Numbered from the stretch's first letter, positions 34,615 through 46,270 are shown. The stretch: DNA of 64,000 nt from Amoebidium appalachense (GCA_963693365.1 CAVNZM010000002.1:6089943-6153942); one strand, 5' to 3'. The notes: generated by a model not told the origin, from the letters alone. A program made the numbers and translations.

Positions 34615-37600
34615 TCAGCACATGTTGAGCATCCCCACGGCCTTGGTGAAGAAAGAGGCAGACAGGGCCTTGGTGAACATGTCGGCCTTGTTGTCAGCAG
34701 AAGCCACCGGGACCACAGTGATGTTGCCCAGCAGGTGATGTTCCTTGACGGAGCAGTAGCGGACGTCGATGTGCTTGGTCTTGGGCTTAACCCCCAGGGT
34801 GTCCAGCAGGGCCCGGGCAGACTCATTGTCCCCATGGATGGGCACCGGGGTGGGCTCATTGATAGGATTAAGGCCCAGGTCGTCCATCACATAGTTGAGC
34901 CATAGGGCCTCGTTCGTAGCAGCAGACATGGCCACAAATTCAGCCTCAGTGGAGCTGTGGGTGGTGATGGACTGGAGCCGAGACACCCAGGACACAGGGG
35001 AGGAGTTTATGAAGAAGACATAGCCCGTGGTGGAGCGCCGGGTGTCGCGGTCCTCGGCGTAGTCGGAGTCGGAGTAGCCAACAAGGTTGGGGGGGCCGGG
35101 ACGGTAGACAATACCCAGGTCGATGGTGGCCAGCAGGTAGCTTACAACTCTGGTAGCCATAGTCCAGTGGGTGACGGTGGGCGCATGAATGTGTCGAGTA
35201 AGGACTCCCAGAGCCTGGGAAATGTCGGGGCGGGTGGTACGCGCAATCCACAGCAGGGCACCGACCAGGCTGGCATAGTCCTCCTTCTTGCTGTAGGCTG
35301 GGGTCTTGTTGCTTTCACTGGCCTGGCCCGGGACGATGGGGGTCTTGGTGCCGGACATGTGGGTGAGACGAAAACGGGCAGCCAAGTCGATGATGTGTTG
35401 ACGATGGCCCAGACGCAGAGACCCGTCCTCCAGCCAGGTAAGAGTGTGCCCGATGAGCAGGGTAGGACGACCCAGGTCCTTGGCAGAGAAACGAGCATCC
35501 AGCTTGGTGAAAAAATCGTCGATGAGCGCATCAGTGGCGGCCGTCACGGTGAAGTCATCCACGTAGGCAGCAAGGGCAATAAATGTTGGGGTCCCGGCAT
35601 TCTTGATGAACAGGCACGGGTCAGCAGCACTCACAATGAAGCCTTGGTCGAGGAGATGGTCACGGAGGGCCTCATACCACTGGCGCGGTGCCTGTTTTAG
35701 GCCGTAGAGCGCCTTGTGGAGCAAGCCGACAGCATGGGGGGCCGAGGGGTTGACGAAGCCAGGGGGCTGCTCAATGTAGATGGTCTCGTTGACGGTGCCG
35801 TTGAGGAATGCTGTGTTGACGTCGATGTGGCGCAGAGGCAGACCTTGGGCCACGGAGGTAGCCAAAACCAGCCGGATGGTAGCCAGCGCAGCCACAGGTG
35901 ACTCGGTGACGAAATAGTCCTGGCCAGGCTGCTGGTAGTTGCCCCGGGCCACAAGCCGGGCCTTGAAAGCAGTGACGTTGCCGACGTTGTCCTGCTTGAC
36001 CGTAAAGACCCAGCCGACCGGAATGACAGTGGAGCCATCCTCTGGACGGGGCACAAGGGTGAAGGTGCCGTTGTCTTCCAGGGCCTTGAGCTCACGGTGT
36101 GCAGCCTCCTCCCATTTCAGACGCTGGGGACTCTTGAGTGCAGCCCGGACAGTCTTGGGGACAACAATGGTGGAAGCCTTGATGGGTGTTGATGCAGGAG
36201 CCGTAGCCTGGGGGGCAAGGGGGGCCGTAGCAGCAGCCACGTTGGCAGTCGGGCCTCGACGTTGGTCGTTGTACACAGCGCCACTACGGGTCGTCCGGGG
36301 GAGCCGATGTGCAGGCTCGGGCAGGATCGGAATGTCCAATTGATCACTCGGCGCTGTCCCATTGGCTGACAGACGAGACGAATCAGATTGCTGATCATTC
36401 CGGACGATGTGATTGGCTGGCTGATTTGACGAATCAGATGACTCCAAAAAATGATGAATTGCCGGTGCGGTCGACCAATCAGATGGGACATCACGGAGGG
36501 GGTGCAGAATAGCAGCCTCGTCGAACTGCACGTCACGGCTGACGGTCATCTTGTGTGCTGCTGGAATCCAGACCTTGTAGCCCTTGATGTTAGGAGGGTA
36601 GCCCACGAAGATGCCCTTGACGGCACGAGGCGCCAGTTTCGGTGTATCCTGTTGATGGACGTAGCAGGGAGAGCCCCAGACACGGAGCCGGCTGTAGTCG
36701 GGAGGAATGCCGGTCCACAGCAGGGCGGGAGACGATTGGCTGCCGGTGGCTCGCGACGGGAGCATGTTGCGTATAAAAGCCGCGGTCACAGCTGCCTCTG
36801 GCGAATGCCATGCTCACGGTTGTAGTCCCCGAAGGCCGTGCCCATGTACTCGCCCCCCCCGTCGGACTGAAACACCTGCATGGGAACACCGTGTTGGGTA
36901 ACCGCCGCCTTGTGGTACGTCACATATGCAGCCAGTGTGTCCGACTTCTTGACGAGGGGCACGGCCGTGGTGTGGCCGGTGAATTCGTCGTGGAACGTCG
37001 CCAAGTACTGAGCACCACCGATCGCGGGAGGGAAGGGGCCGCTGATGTCGCTGTGAACCTTGGCTAGGACCCGGGGAGCTTGGCTAGTTGATTCGGAGAA
37101 GGCAACACGGTGGGCTTTGCCGAGGGCACAGGGCTCACACACACCCGGAGACTTGGCACCGCCACCCACCAACAGGCCTGCAGACTTGATGACCGAGCGT
37201 ACAGCGTCAATGCCAGCATGGCCCAGACGGTAGTGCCACGTGTTGAGGTCGGCAGTAACCTTGAGGATACGCGGAGCAGTGGTGGTTTGGGCGTCCGGGG
37301 TTGTGTCCGCGCGCAGAAGAGACACCGCCATGTGGTACAGCTTGGTGCCGACAGCCGAGCCGGTGGCCAGAATTTGATCGCCGTAGCACAACTTAACGCC
37401 GCCGCGGGTGTCAAAGCGGGGTAAAACACCGTTGGTAGTTGCCGTGAACACACTGATGAGAGTGTCGGGGATGGAGGGCACGTAGAGTACATCCGTCAGC
37501 TGATGCACCGCAGTAACGCCGTCGATGGTGCTGGAAAAGAACACGTCGCCCACCCCAAGCACTGCACATGCACCCTTGTCGGCTACTTGGACCGTGGAGT

Positions 37601-38719
37601 AAGGCGCCGCACGCATGTTGATGAACACATCGGGCCGGGGGCACACATGGTCAGTGGCTCCAGAGTCGAGGAGCACCTTGTTGGTGCCACAGTCGTTGCT
37701 AGACATGAGGAAAGCCCGGGGAGCGGCAGCCCCCCCCTTGCACTGTGCCGTAGTGTGGGTAGTAGAGGCAGGGTGGTTGATGCAGGACCCAGGCGGGGAG
37801 GGGACCACCCTTAGGTTTGCGGCCGTTGGCACGGTTGCCCCCCTTGCACATGGCGGTAGTGTGACTGGTAGACAGTGGGTGGTTGACGCAGGAACCCTTG
37901 GGGTAGGTGCTGGCACGGTTGTTGCCAGAGTTGCTGTGTTGGCCGTTGCCGTTGGGGCACTGAGACTTGATGTGGCCTGGTTTGCCGCAGCCGTGGCAGA
38001 TGACAGGTTGAGGAGCCCGTGTGGTGAAGGCGGCCGGCCCGGAGCTGGTAGTCACACGTGCACGTGGGTGGCTGGTCTCATATGCCCGTAGCTGTTGGAG
38101 GAGGCCCATCACGGTAGGCTTGGGTGTCATCTTGTAGGCAATTACAGGCATTTCGTAGTAAGGCACCTTGCCGAGGTCGTTGGTGAGCTTGGTCAGCACT
38201 TGAGCATCACCAATTTGTGTGCCGTAATCGGCCAGGCGCCGCACGTAGCCGCGGAGTTTCATGGCGTATTTCGTCGCGGTGTCCGTAGGTTCAGGCGTAG
38301 AATTCATGTACAGCCCGATAAGGTCGTACTGATTGGCCTCAGATTGCTCCAGGTAGTGGGCAGATAGGGCCGACCATATCTCCGCAGGTGTGGTGGTGCG
38401 TGTTAACCCTAGGATACAACGCACGTCAACCGAGAGTGCTTGCCACAGGTAGGAACGGGCAGTGTCGACCTGTTCACGGGTAGCCGGGTGCTCCGTACTG
38501 GGCGCGATGGTGTGGAGAAGACCAGCACCAGAAAGCTGGACATACATGGTTTCGGCCCATGTGTGGTAGTCCGTGCCTGAATCATTATCAATGCCAGTGA
38601 AGAGAGGGATGTCGACCTTGAACTTGATGGAATCATTACGTGAGGGGCCCACTCAGGACGAATCGCAGAATCAGGTTAGGGTGGACTGCCCCCTCAGTCC
38701 CCACTGAACCTCTGTTCAT
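34615..38719 (-). CDS. Copia gag-pol polyprotein (frameshifted; integrase partly deleted)
   Basis: CHGCGKPGHIKSQC knuckle; LLDSGATDH protease; WHYRLGH/CEPC; HSDISGP and SDGGGEY; FKARLVARG, LYGLKQAPRQW, YVDD; YSDSD...ADMFTKAL RNase H. The start codon is uncertain. Confidence 0.93.
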
Positions 38720-38764
38720 GCTACCATTTTTGGATTTTGTCCTGGTGCAGAGACTAGCGATCTT

Positions 38765-38785
38765 GCTAGCCTTGAGATCTCAACC
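38765..38785 (-). promoter_or_regulatory. Putative PBS GGTTGAGATCTC(AAGGCTA)
   Basis: GGTT start like the copia half-tRNA PBS, located just upstream of gag; complementary to the tRNA-mimic leader 38938-38949. Confidence 0.6.
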
Positions 38786-38864
38786 TAACCACTGCCGATG
38801 GTTGTGATGACGCCAGTAAAGGCGTGCTGGCTTTTACCCCAGCGAGAAGAGGATGAGAAAAAGA

Positions 38865-38937
38865 TGATCCCGACGGGATTTGAACCCGCGACCCCTCTAT
38901 CTCCGGTCGAGTGCTCTACCAACTGAGCTACGAGATC
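38865..38937 (-). tRNA. tRNA-like (pseudo) gene with GGA triplet inside the copia 5' region
   Basis: Cloverleaf: acceptor GATCTCG/CGGGATC; D-arm GCTC-AGTTGGTA-GAGC; anticodon CTCGA-CCGGAGA-TAGAG; T-arm GCGGG-TTCAAAT-CCCGT; A and B boxes; T5 terminator at 38858-38862. It lacks U33 and the long Ser variable arm. Confidence 0.85.
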
Positions 38938-39110
38938 GGTTAAGATCTCGCAGGCCACCAGCCGATCATGATCTGATTCATGCGATCGGACTGGATAACG
39001 ATACCATCTTCCAACAGGTGGCCCGTGCTGGGCCGGCCGGCTGGGGCTGCAATCTGCTGCTGCAGCTAGCCTCCTCCCCCCCTCCCCACGAATCCCCCCC
39101 CCCCCCCCCC

Positions 39111-39152
<42 letters not shown>

Positions 39153-39475
39153 AATAAATGAAAAAAAAATAAATAAAAAGGAGCAAGCGTACACTCATTG
39201 TGTGCAATTTTTAGGACTTCGATTCTGAGAATCTATGCAGTCCACGGGCGCAAAGACGTATCCCCCCCCCCCTGCCCCCGCCCCTGCCACACACACACAA
39301 ATAAATGGTACGCCTCCCCTCGCAATTCCCTAGAAAACGTTCCCACAGAACAGGGAACCCCCCCCCCCCCCCCCCCCGGGGGGGGGGGGGGGAGGAGGGA
39401 GCTCGGGGGGGGGGGGGGGGGGGATGAAAATAAGATAACGAGGGCCTACATATGTCTGAGGAACCTTAAGATTCC

Positions 39476-39513
<38 letters not shown>

Positions 39514-40115
39514 ACGGAATGGCCCAACCACGTCAGCAGAGTCACCTTGATGCGAGTGGAACTATGATACACCAAGAACAGTGTTAACGACCGTTCTACT
39601 TTCAGCAGAATGATTCAACAATTGAACAATTTGAAAGCAGGAAAGGCACAACAATGAATGCTGTTTTTGGCAGAATCATAATTCTCACGGCAGCACAACA
39701 ACTTGCTTTTTGCAGAATAATTCAGCTTTTTGCAGCATGATTCTCCTTTCAGCAGAATAATTATTAGAAAGTATATTGTTATAATTATAGGCATTTAATA
39801 TGGCTTTACCGGGCACTGTTAAAGAGAGAATATCGTGATTCACAGCCAGATGCAGATGCACTTGTTCTGCAAAAGTCCCCCCCCCCCCCCCCCCTCCCCC
39901 CCTCTCCTCCCCCCCCGCCGCCTTATCCTTATTGAGTTATTGCCGCGACCGTCCAGCCTTGGTAGATTGTACTGAGCACCCATTTTCAAGAATGCCTTTC
40001 TTCTTGGTTTACACGGCCTATATTTTGGGGAACGTTGGTGGGAGCACTGCCCCTCGTGTGCATGTGTGGCTAACTGCATGCGTCTTACTGCATTTTCCAG
40101 CACGGCCCTATTAAA

Positions 40116-40183
40116 GGTACCAGAGCAACGAGTACATTCAATTCGGCCCACTCCGAATTGAATGTACTCGTTGCTCTGGTACC
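40116..40183. repeat. Perfect 31-bp inverted repeat with 6-nt loop
   Basis: GGTACCAGAGCAACGAGTACATTCAATTCGG-CCCACT-CCGAATTGAATGTACTCGTTGCTCTGGTACC. Confidence 0.95.
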
Positions 40184-42666
40184 CCAGAGACCTTAGCCTC
40201 TTTTCGTAGCTATACAGGCCATGTGTATGTATTCAATAGGAAACGGTTACAACGCCAAGTTTGAAAGCCATTTGCATATGACGGCCCTCTACTATGTCTT
40301 CAGTGAATGCGTTTATCTAACATCTATCTATCCTAACCGTGTCCCGCATGTGTGAGACTAATCTGGCCCTCCCAATATATTAGGCTCACCTAAAAATGGG
40401 AATCAACCCGAAACGTGAAGAGAAACCGATCTACAGTGGTTCTAAAACCATTCATCATGGGCCACTTACTGTGGCCATGTGGTACTCTTCTTGCTGTTGT
40501 CTTATATGACTTAGCATATATTCCTTAATACTTTGAACCTAAAATATGTGAAAACGGTAGCTTGTTATGGTAGCTGCAATATGATCAAATGTGTTCAACT
40601 GTGCGTGTGTATGTGTGTGTGTGTGAGTGTGTGTGTATGTGTGTGTGTGTGCGCGGGCGTGTGTTCGTGACTGTTTGTGTTTATGGCGGCGGCGGCAGCT
40701 GCGCGGCGGTACCAGGTAGTGGTGATGTGTTTTTTTTTGTTTTTTTTGTTTTTTTTTGTTTTTTTTGGTAGGAATGGCTCCAGGTGTAGTTCAACAAAGT
40801 TATGGAACTTAAGTTTAAAACTTTGCCCTGAATTTTTGATGTCTCACACTGGCATTTTTGCCAAGCATGGCCATTTTCCGTCGATTTATTTATTGTTTAA
40901 GGTGGAGAGTTGAACTTGGGATGGTATGCACGTGAGCGTGAAGTTACAGCGGTTTGTGTGTGTGTGTCCAAGCACGGCACGTGGCAGTCACACACGGTGG
41001 CCATGCGCACGCATCACCGGATCTTGTGTGCGGCTCGGAGCACAAAAACGTGCAGGGTGCGCGAACGAGTGCCACAATCACACAAACTCACTTTTCTCTT
41101 GAGTCAAATGTGGTACAAACACGTATACGGAACGCGCGTTTCATATATATATATCATTTGAAAGTGAAAATACCTCCCAGCCCTCCCCCCCCTCCCCCAG
41201 TCCCCCCCCCCTCTCCCCCCCAAATACCAGTTCCATTTCCACAAAACAAACCCTCATCAATGTTAATGCCAGCAAGAACATCCAGCCAACCAGAAAGTTT
41301 TACTTGTGTACCAGCAACACTGCTTGCTGCACGAGCTTCTGCGAACGATTTAGCTATGCTTCTCCCAAGGTTTCAGCCATGGAGTATGTGACTTGTTATC
41401 TGCACAAGGTTGTTCCTTAATTAAACCGAAGCTTGTGTCTGCAAGCCCCCCGGGCGGCTAAGAAATGGGGAAAACAGGAGCACAACAAAATCTGCGCATG
41501 TGCTCCTTGTAGTGAAAGAACAAGCTTGGGTGTACGTGCGCTACTATTATTGTAGTATTTTTGGCACAAAAACGTAAACATAGCAAAATATACTCGAAGT
41601 GACACTCTCAGGCATCGCGATCCCGGGGTAACCAAATGCTGATAGTTATTTAGAAGATATTGTTCCATGATTTTGAAGCTTTGTAGTCTGTTGAAAGCAA
41701 TTAAACCAACAATAGCTTAACAAACGTGTATGATTCATGGACGCCATAGCGGCGCATCAGCTAATTCAGCTTACACAACGCTCCTATCGCCGCATAGACC
41801 CATCCTTGTGACGTCAAAGTGACGTATGCTGTTGGCTTCACAAATGATACACCGAAACATCGTTGTGCGCTGTTCACATATGCAAAAAAATATATGGTAC
41901 AGCACGAAGTGTCGTCACATGCTTGTGATAAGGGGCTGAGGGGGGAGGGTATGAGGCTTTAGCTGGAGGTAAGCATGGTGGGACATACTGCGCATATATT
42001 ATGTATTGGAAAACCAGGTGCACGCGCCGATAGCAGGGTGACGTATAGGGCTGATGTTGTACCGTGATTGATTGGTCTTGTACATGAGGAAAGAATAGAG
42101 TAACGTGTTTTGTTATAAGGCCCAACACAACCGACCAACTTCTGAATGAACCAACAGCGCACATGGCGGGTGCCTATCAGTAGTGCTTTTGTCACCTCTT
42201 ACCGAGTGCTGAGTTGTGCTAAACAGAGCAGCGTTCAGGAAGGGGAGACTTGGTGCGCTCTTCTCCCTGTTATAAAAGAGGAGGGACTGGCAGGTGCATT
42301 CAAATTGATGATGGTGGTTTGGTGGGAGGGAATTTGCGGAAAAACGGGCCATAGCACATTGCTCGTCGGCCACTCGTGCGTGCTGGAGCGGCAATGTGTC
42401 ACCAATATTGTTGAGAGCCTGCTTTTCCAACCCTCAGGAAATTGCAGAAAACCATACAACCTTGGCAAAAATCAACACACTACGGGTTTTTTTTTAATTT
42501 GCTCACTTGCTACATGACGGCATATGACATCGTACAAGAAAACAACTTCTTCTCCTAGGTTTAGATCCGTCTTTTTTTTGCTGTCTGTTACATCTATGAC
42601 AGCTGGGGTGTAGGGTGTGTGGGTGCTGACTGAATTGTTAGGTATGGCGGAGGGATACACGGCAAC

Positions 42667-42867
42667 ATGGCTGACGACAGAGCGCAAAAGAAGAGGCGGA
42701 GGGGGCCAAAGGGCACAAATAAGCGCAAGAAGGTGAGTGTGTGTGTAGGTGTGTGTGTGTGTGTGTGTGTACAAGGACGGGAGGAGGTTGCAGGAGGGGG
42801 AGGAGGTGAGAAGTGCTCGTTTTTTTTTGTTTTTTTTTTTTCTTTTCTTTTTTTTTTCTTCCTTTTT

Positions 42868-42904
<37 letters not shown>

Positions 42905-43632
42905 GTCTGTATGTCTGTGTCTGCGTTGTTTTTGTTGGGCTTGTGGGCATGGTTGAGGGGGTATGTCTGTGCCCTTGTGTGACAAGTTGGGCTTGTCTGC
43001 CTTGTTGCCTCCTGTGTAGATGTGCCTGTCTATATGCCTGTGTGTGAGTGTGCACTAGTGGGTGTAAGTGGCTGCACTCTCAGGTGAGTGAAAGGTTCTT
43101 ACAGAGGATAGGTGTGGGCAGCGGCTCTCATTTGTGCTGTTTTAGGTGTGTTTGTTTCGGGTTCGGATTGACCCTTTGAAAGAAGGGGGGAGGGAGCGGG
43201 TAGGGAGGAGGTGTTAGAATTCGTTATACAGTACGAAGTACACATTTATGACGGGACAACATAGTGCAGAGTGCAAACCACACAGTGAGTATGTATAAGA
43301 GGCAGAGTTCATCCTCGATGGTGGTGGTGGTGGTGTGTGTGTATGTGGGGGGGGGGGGGGGGGGGGGGGGGGGAGGGGGAGAGGAGGATGGAAGGGGGAT
43401 AAGGAGGGGAGGGAGGTGGTTATTGGGAGATGGGGGGGGATTGAGTGTGTGGGGGCTGACCGGGGCCACAGAGGTCCAAGGCGGAAGACTACACCGAGTA
43501 TGGAGATGGCTCCAGTGTTACGCGCTGCCTGTGTGGCTTTGAACACGATGACGAGCACATGGTGCGTACAAAAGTTGTGTGGGTGTATGTGGGCGTGGGT
43601 GTGCTCTGGGTGTGGGGGGTGTTTTTGTATGT

Positions 43633-43665
<33 letters not shown>

Positions 43666-44851
43666 CGGGGGGGAGGGGGGGGGGGGGGGGGGGATACGGA
43701 GGACAGGCCGACTGTTAGAGTGGCCTGTTGCTTATGTTGTTAGTGCACGAACTTTCGTGGTGGGAGGGCTAGGGGGAGGATGAGTAAAGGTGGATGGAAG
43801 ATTGCATGCCAACTTCTTCGTGCTACTCCGTTTTGTGTTGTCACGTAAGGGGTGTACAAGAGGCACTCGGTTGAGAAATGATACATGAACAGTGCCGGGG
43901 GGTGTCGAGATCGTCTGCTGGTTGCTCTACTCCTTGCGAAACTATCTGGATTTATGGTGGTGGGGATTATCGTTCACGGTGATCGTGCCAATTATCGTGC
44001 CACTGACTAATGGTTCCGATCAGATCTGCTGCGACAAATGCAACATGTGGCAGCACACGGTGTGCATGGGGCTCAATCCGTCGGACGAAATGCCGCCAAG
44101 CTACTTCTGCCATCTGTGTGAGCCGCGAAACCTCAACGTTCAGAGGGCCAGGGAGATACAGAGACAGAAGGCCAGAGACAGGGACAGCTATGACGAGCCG
44201 TACCACTACGAGGTAGGGGTTGGGGCAGGATGTCTGATTAGATGGGACAGATGTCTGCTAAGATGGGTTAGAAATTGGGGCAGATATCTGCTAAGATGGG
44301 ACAGATGTCTGCTAAGATGGGTCAGAAATGGGGGCAGATGTCTGCTAAGATGGGTTGGAGACGCGGGCAGATGTCTTCTAAGATAGGTTAGAGATGGGGG
44401 CAGATGTCTGTTAAGATGGGTAGGAGATGGGGGCAGATGTCTGCTAAGATGGGTTAGAGATGGGGGCAGATATCTGCTAAGACGGGTTAGAGATGGGGGC
44501 AGCTGTCTGCAAAGATAGGTTGGAGATGGGGGCAGATGTCTGCAAAGATAGGTTGGAGATACCTATAGACGTCCTGTCCTTTCATTTTATTTTATTTTTT
44601 CGGGAGTCCGGGGGAGGAGCGGTGAGCATGAGCTGACAGAAGAGTGGCGGGAAGCAGAACAGCGACCAGCTGAGCATACGACGAGAGGGCAGCGAGTCGA
44701 GGGGGGGCAGACACAAGAAGAAACAGCGCAGAGACAGCTCCACCCCACGCCGCCACTATGTGAGTGAGTGTGTGTGTGTGTGTGCTTGTGTGTGTGTGTG
44801 TGTGTGCGTGTGTGTCTGTCTACAATACGTCAGCCCATGTGCATGGATGGT

Positions 44852-44885
<34 letters not shown>

Positions 44886-45323
44886 GCTGTGTGGTGCTGA
44901 TGGTGGCTGCAGGGGTCACCCAAGGGGGGGGATGATGATGACGACATTCGAGTAGTCAGCGGCAGTGAAGAGAACCAGCTAGGTATTTCGTCTCCTCCCC
45001 CCGGGCCCCCCCCCCCCCCCCCCAAAAAAAAAAAAAAAAAAAAAAAAAGGAAAAAAAAAAAAAAAGAAAGAAAAAAGGAACGAAAAAGCACACACACACA
45101 CACGCATACGGTGTTAAAATGTCGCCCTGCGACAGCAGGCATCACCCCCACTCGTCTGTGGCCAGAGTATGGGGTGCATACCATCTCCCTCTGTAGTGGA
45201 AACAAGATTACTGTGCATGGCGTGAGCCCCCTTGGTGTGGGCTCTACTTGTGTTACATACGTTGTGTGTGGGCACCATGTTATTTGTTGTGAGTTTTTAC
45301 TTTGCACCGTGTACCACGTCCCC

Positions 45324-45360
<37 letters not shown>

Positions 45361-45463
45361 CCCCCCCGGAGAATGGGCTCTGTGGATTATGCATGCTCTT
45401 TGTATGGTTTGCACTCTTTAATATGTTGCCCGCTATGTGTACTTTGTACTTTCTAACACATTC

Positions 45464-45495
<32 letters not shown>

Positions 45496-45671
45496 CTTTC
45501 TCTTTATGTGTGCGCACAGACGTTGCCCAGATTGAGCGTCAGTTGCACACTGCCTCCTACACAGAGGCGAGGGACTGTGTGTTCTCGGACGATGCCCTTG
45601 CACTGCTCAAAGCTGCAGACCCCCCACTGGTCTTTGATCAGTCACTGAAAAGGTCAGACACCTGCTTTTTC

Positions 45672-45702
<31 letters not shown>

Positions 45703-45710
45703 TGGTGTGT

Positions 45711-45742
<32 letters not shown>

Positions 45743-46231
45743 CCAGGCTGGTGGATGTGGGTGAATACATGTGTAATTGTATATGATTACATAGATTGAG
45801 GAGTTGAAATTTCTGTATCTTGTCTGTCTGCGTATGTTTGTGATAAGGGGAGGGCTGCGGCGGGGAAGGGGGGGGGGGGGTGGAGGGCAAGGATGTTGGT
45901 TTCTTGAAGGTGGGCATGCTGACACGTGTGGATGCAGGCCACAGGACGATTTGGTTGAGGCACGGGGGGTTGACGGGGACAGAAAGGGGCTGTTTGCACG
46001 TGCAGACGTGCAGGCGGGTGTGTGTGTGTGCCAGTACGTGGGCACGGTGGTGCCACAGGTGCTATTCCGCACGCAGTGGGAGGGCGAGCAGTACTACCAG
46101 TGCACAGCACGACCCTGCCCCTATGCCCTGGCCACCCACTACGGCCTGACCGTCGATGCACGTGCACGCGGGGGCACTGCAAGATACGTGCGGAGGAGCT
46201 GTGTGCCTAACTGCAAGGTATGGGGTTGGGG

Positions 46232-46270
<39 letters not shown>

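Larger units (their letters stand above)
33664..39016 (-). mobile_element. Ty1/copia retrotransposon with non-repeated termini and an embedded tRNA-like sequence
   Basis: Gag-PR-IN-RT-RH order; ends TGTTGGA...TCCAAC; removing it restores the host repeat unit exactly. Confidence 0.85.
27600..39066 (-). mobile_element. Degenerate 5'-truncated non-LTR retrotransposon (RT + RNase H + CCHC), interrupted by a copia element at 33664-39016
   Basis: Fragmented ORFs: KAPGP, RPI, QDIKRAYDTV, GLAQGAVLSP, AFADDT (RT, ~31800-30830); YTDGS...AEL...WVKGH...NNEAD (RNase H, ~28870-28410); CPRC...HLWAC (~28030-27970). No endonuclease visible; the 3' boundary is approximate. Confidence 0.85.

Noticed and set aside
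38719-38726. TGGTAGCA as a conventional tRNA-iMet PBS for the copia element
   Set aside because: Only 8 nt match, not adjacent to an LTR-ending CA, and overlapping the likely gag start; weaker than the 12-nt leader match, though not fully excluded.
38865-38937. Functional tRNA-Ser(GGA) or genetic-code variant
   Set aside because: No U33, no long variable arm, anticodon-stem mismatch, and located inside a retroelement.
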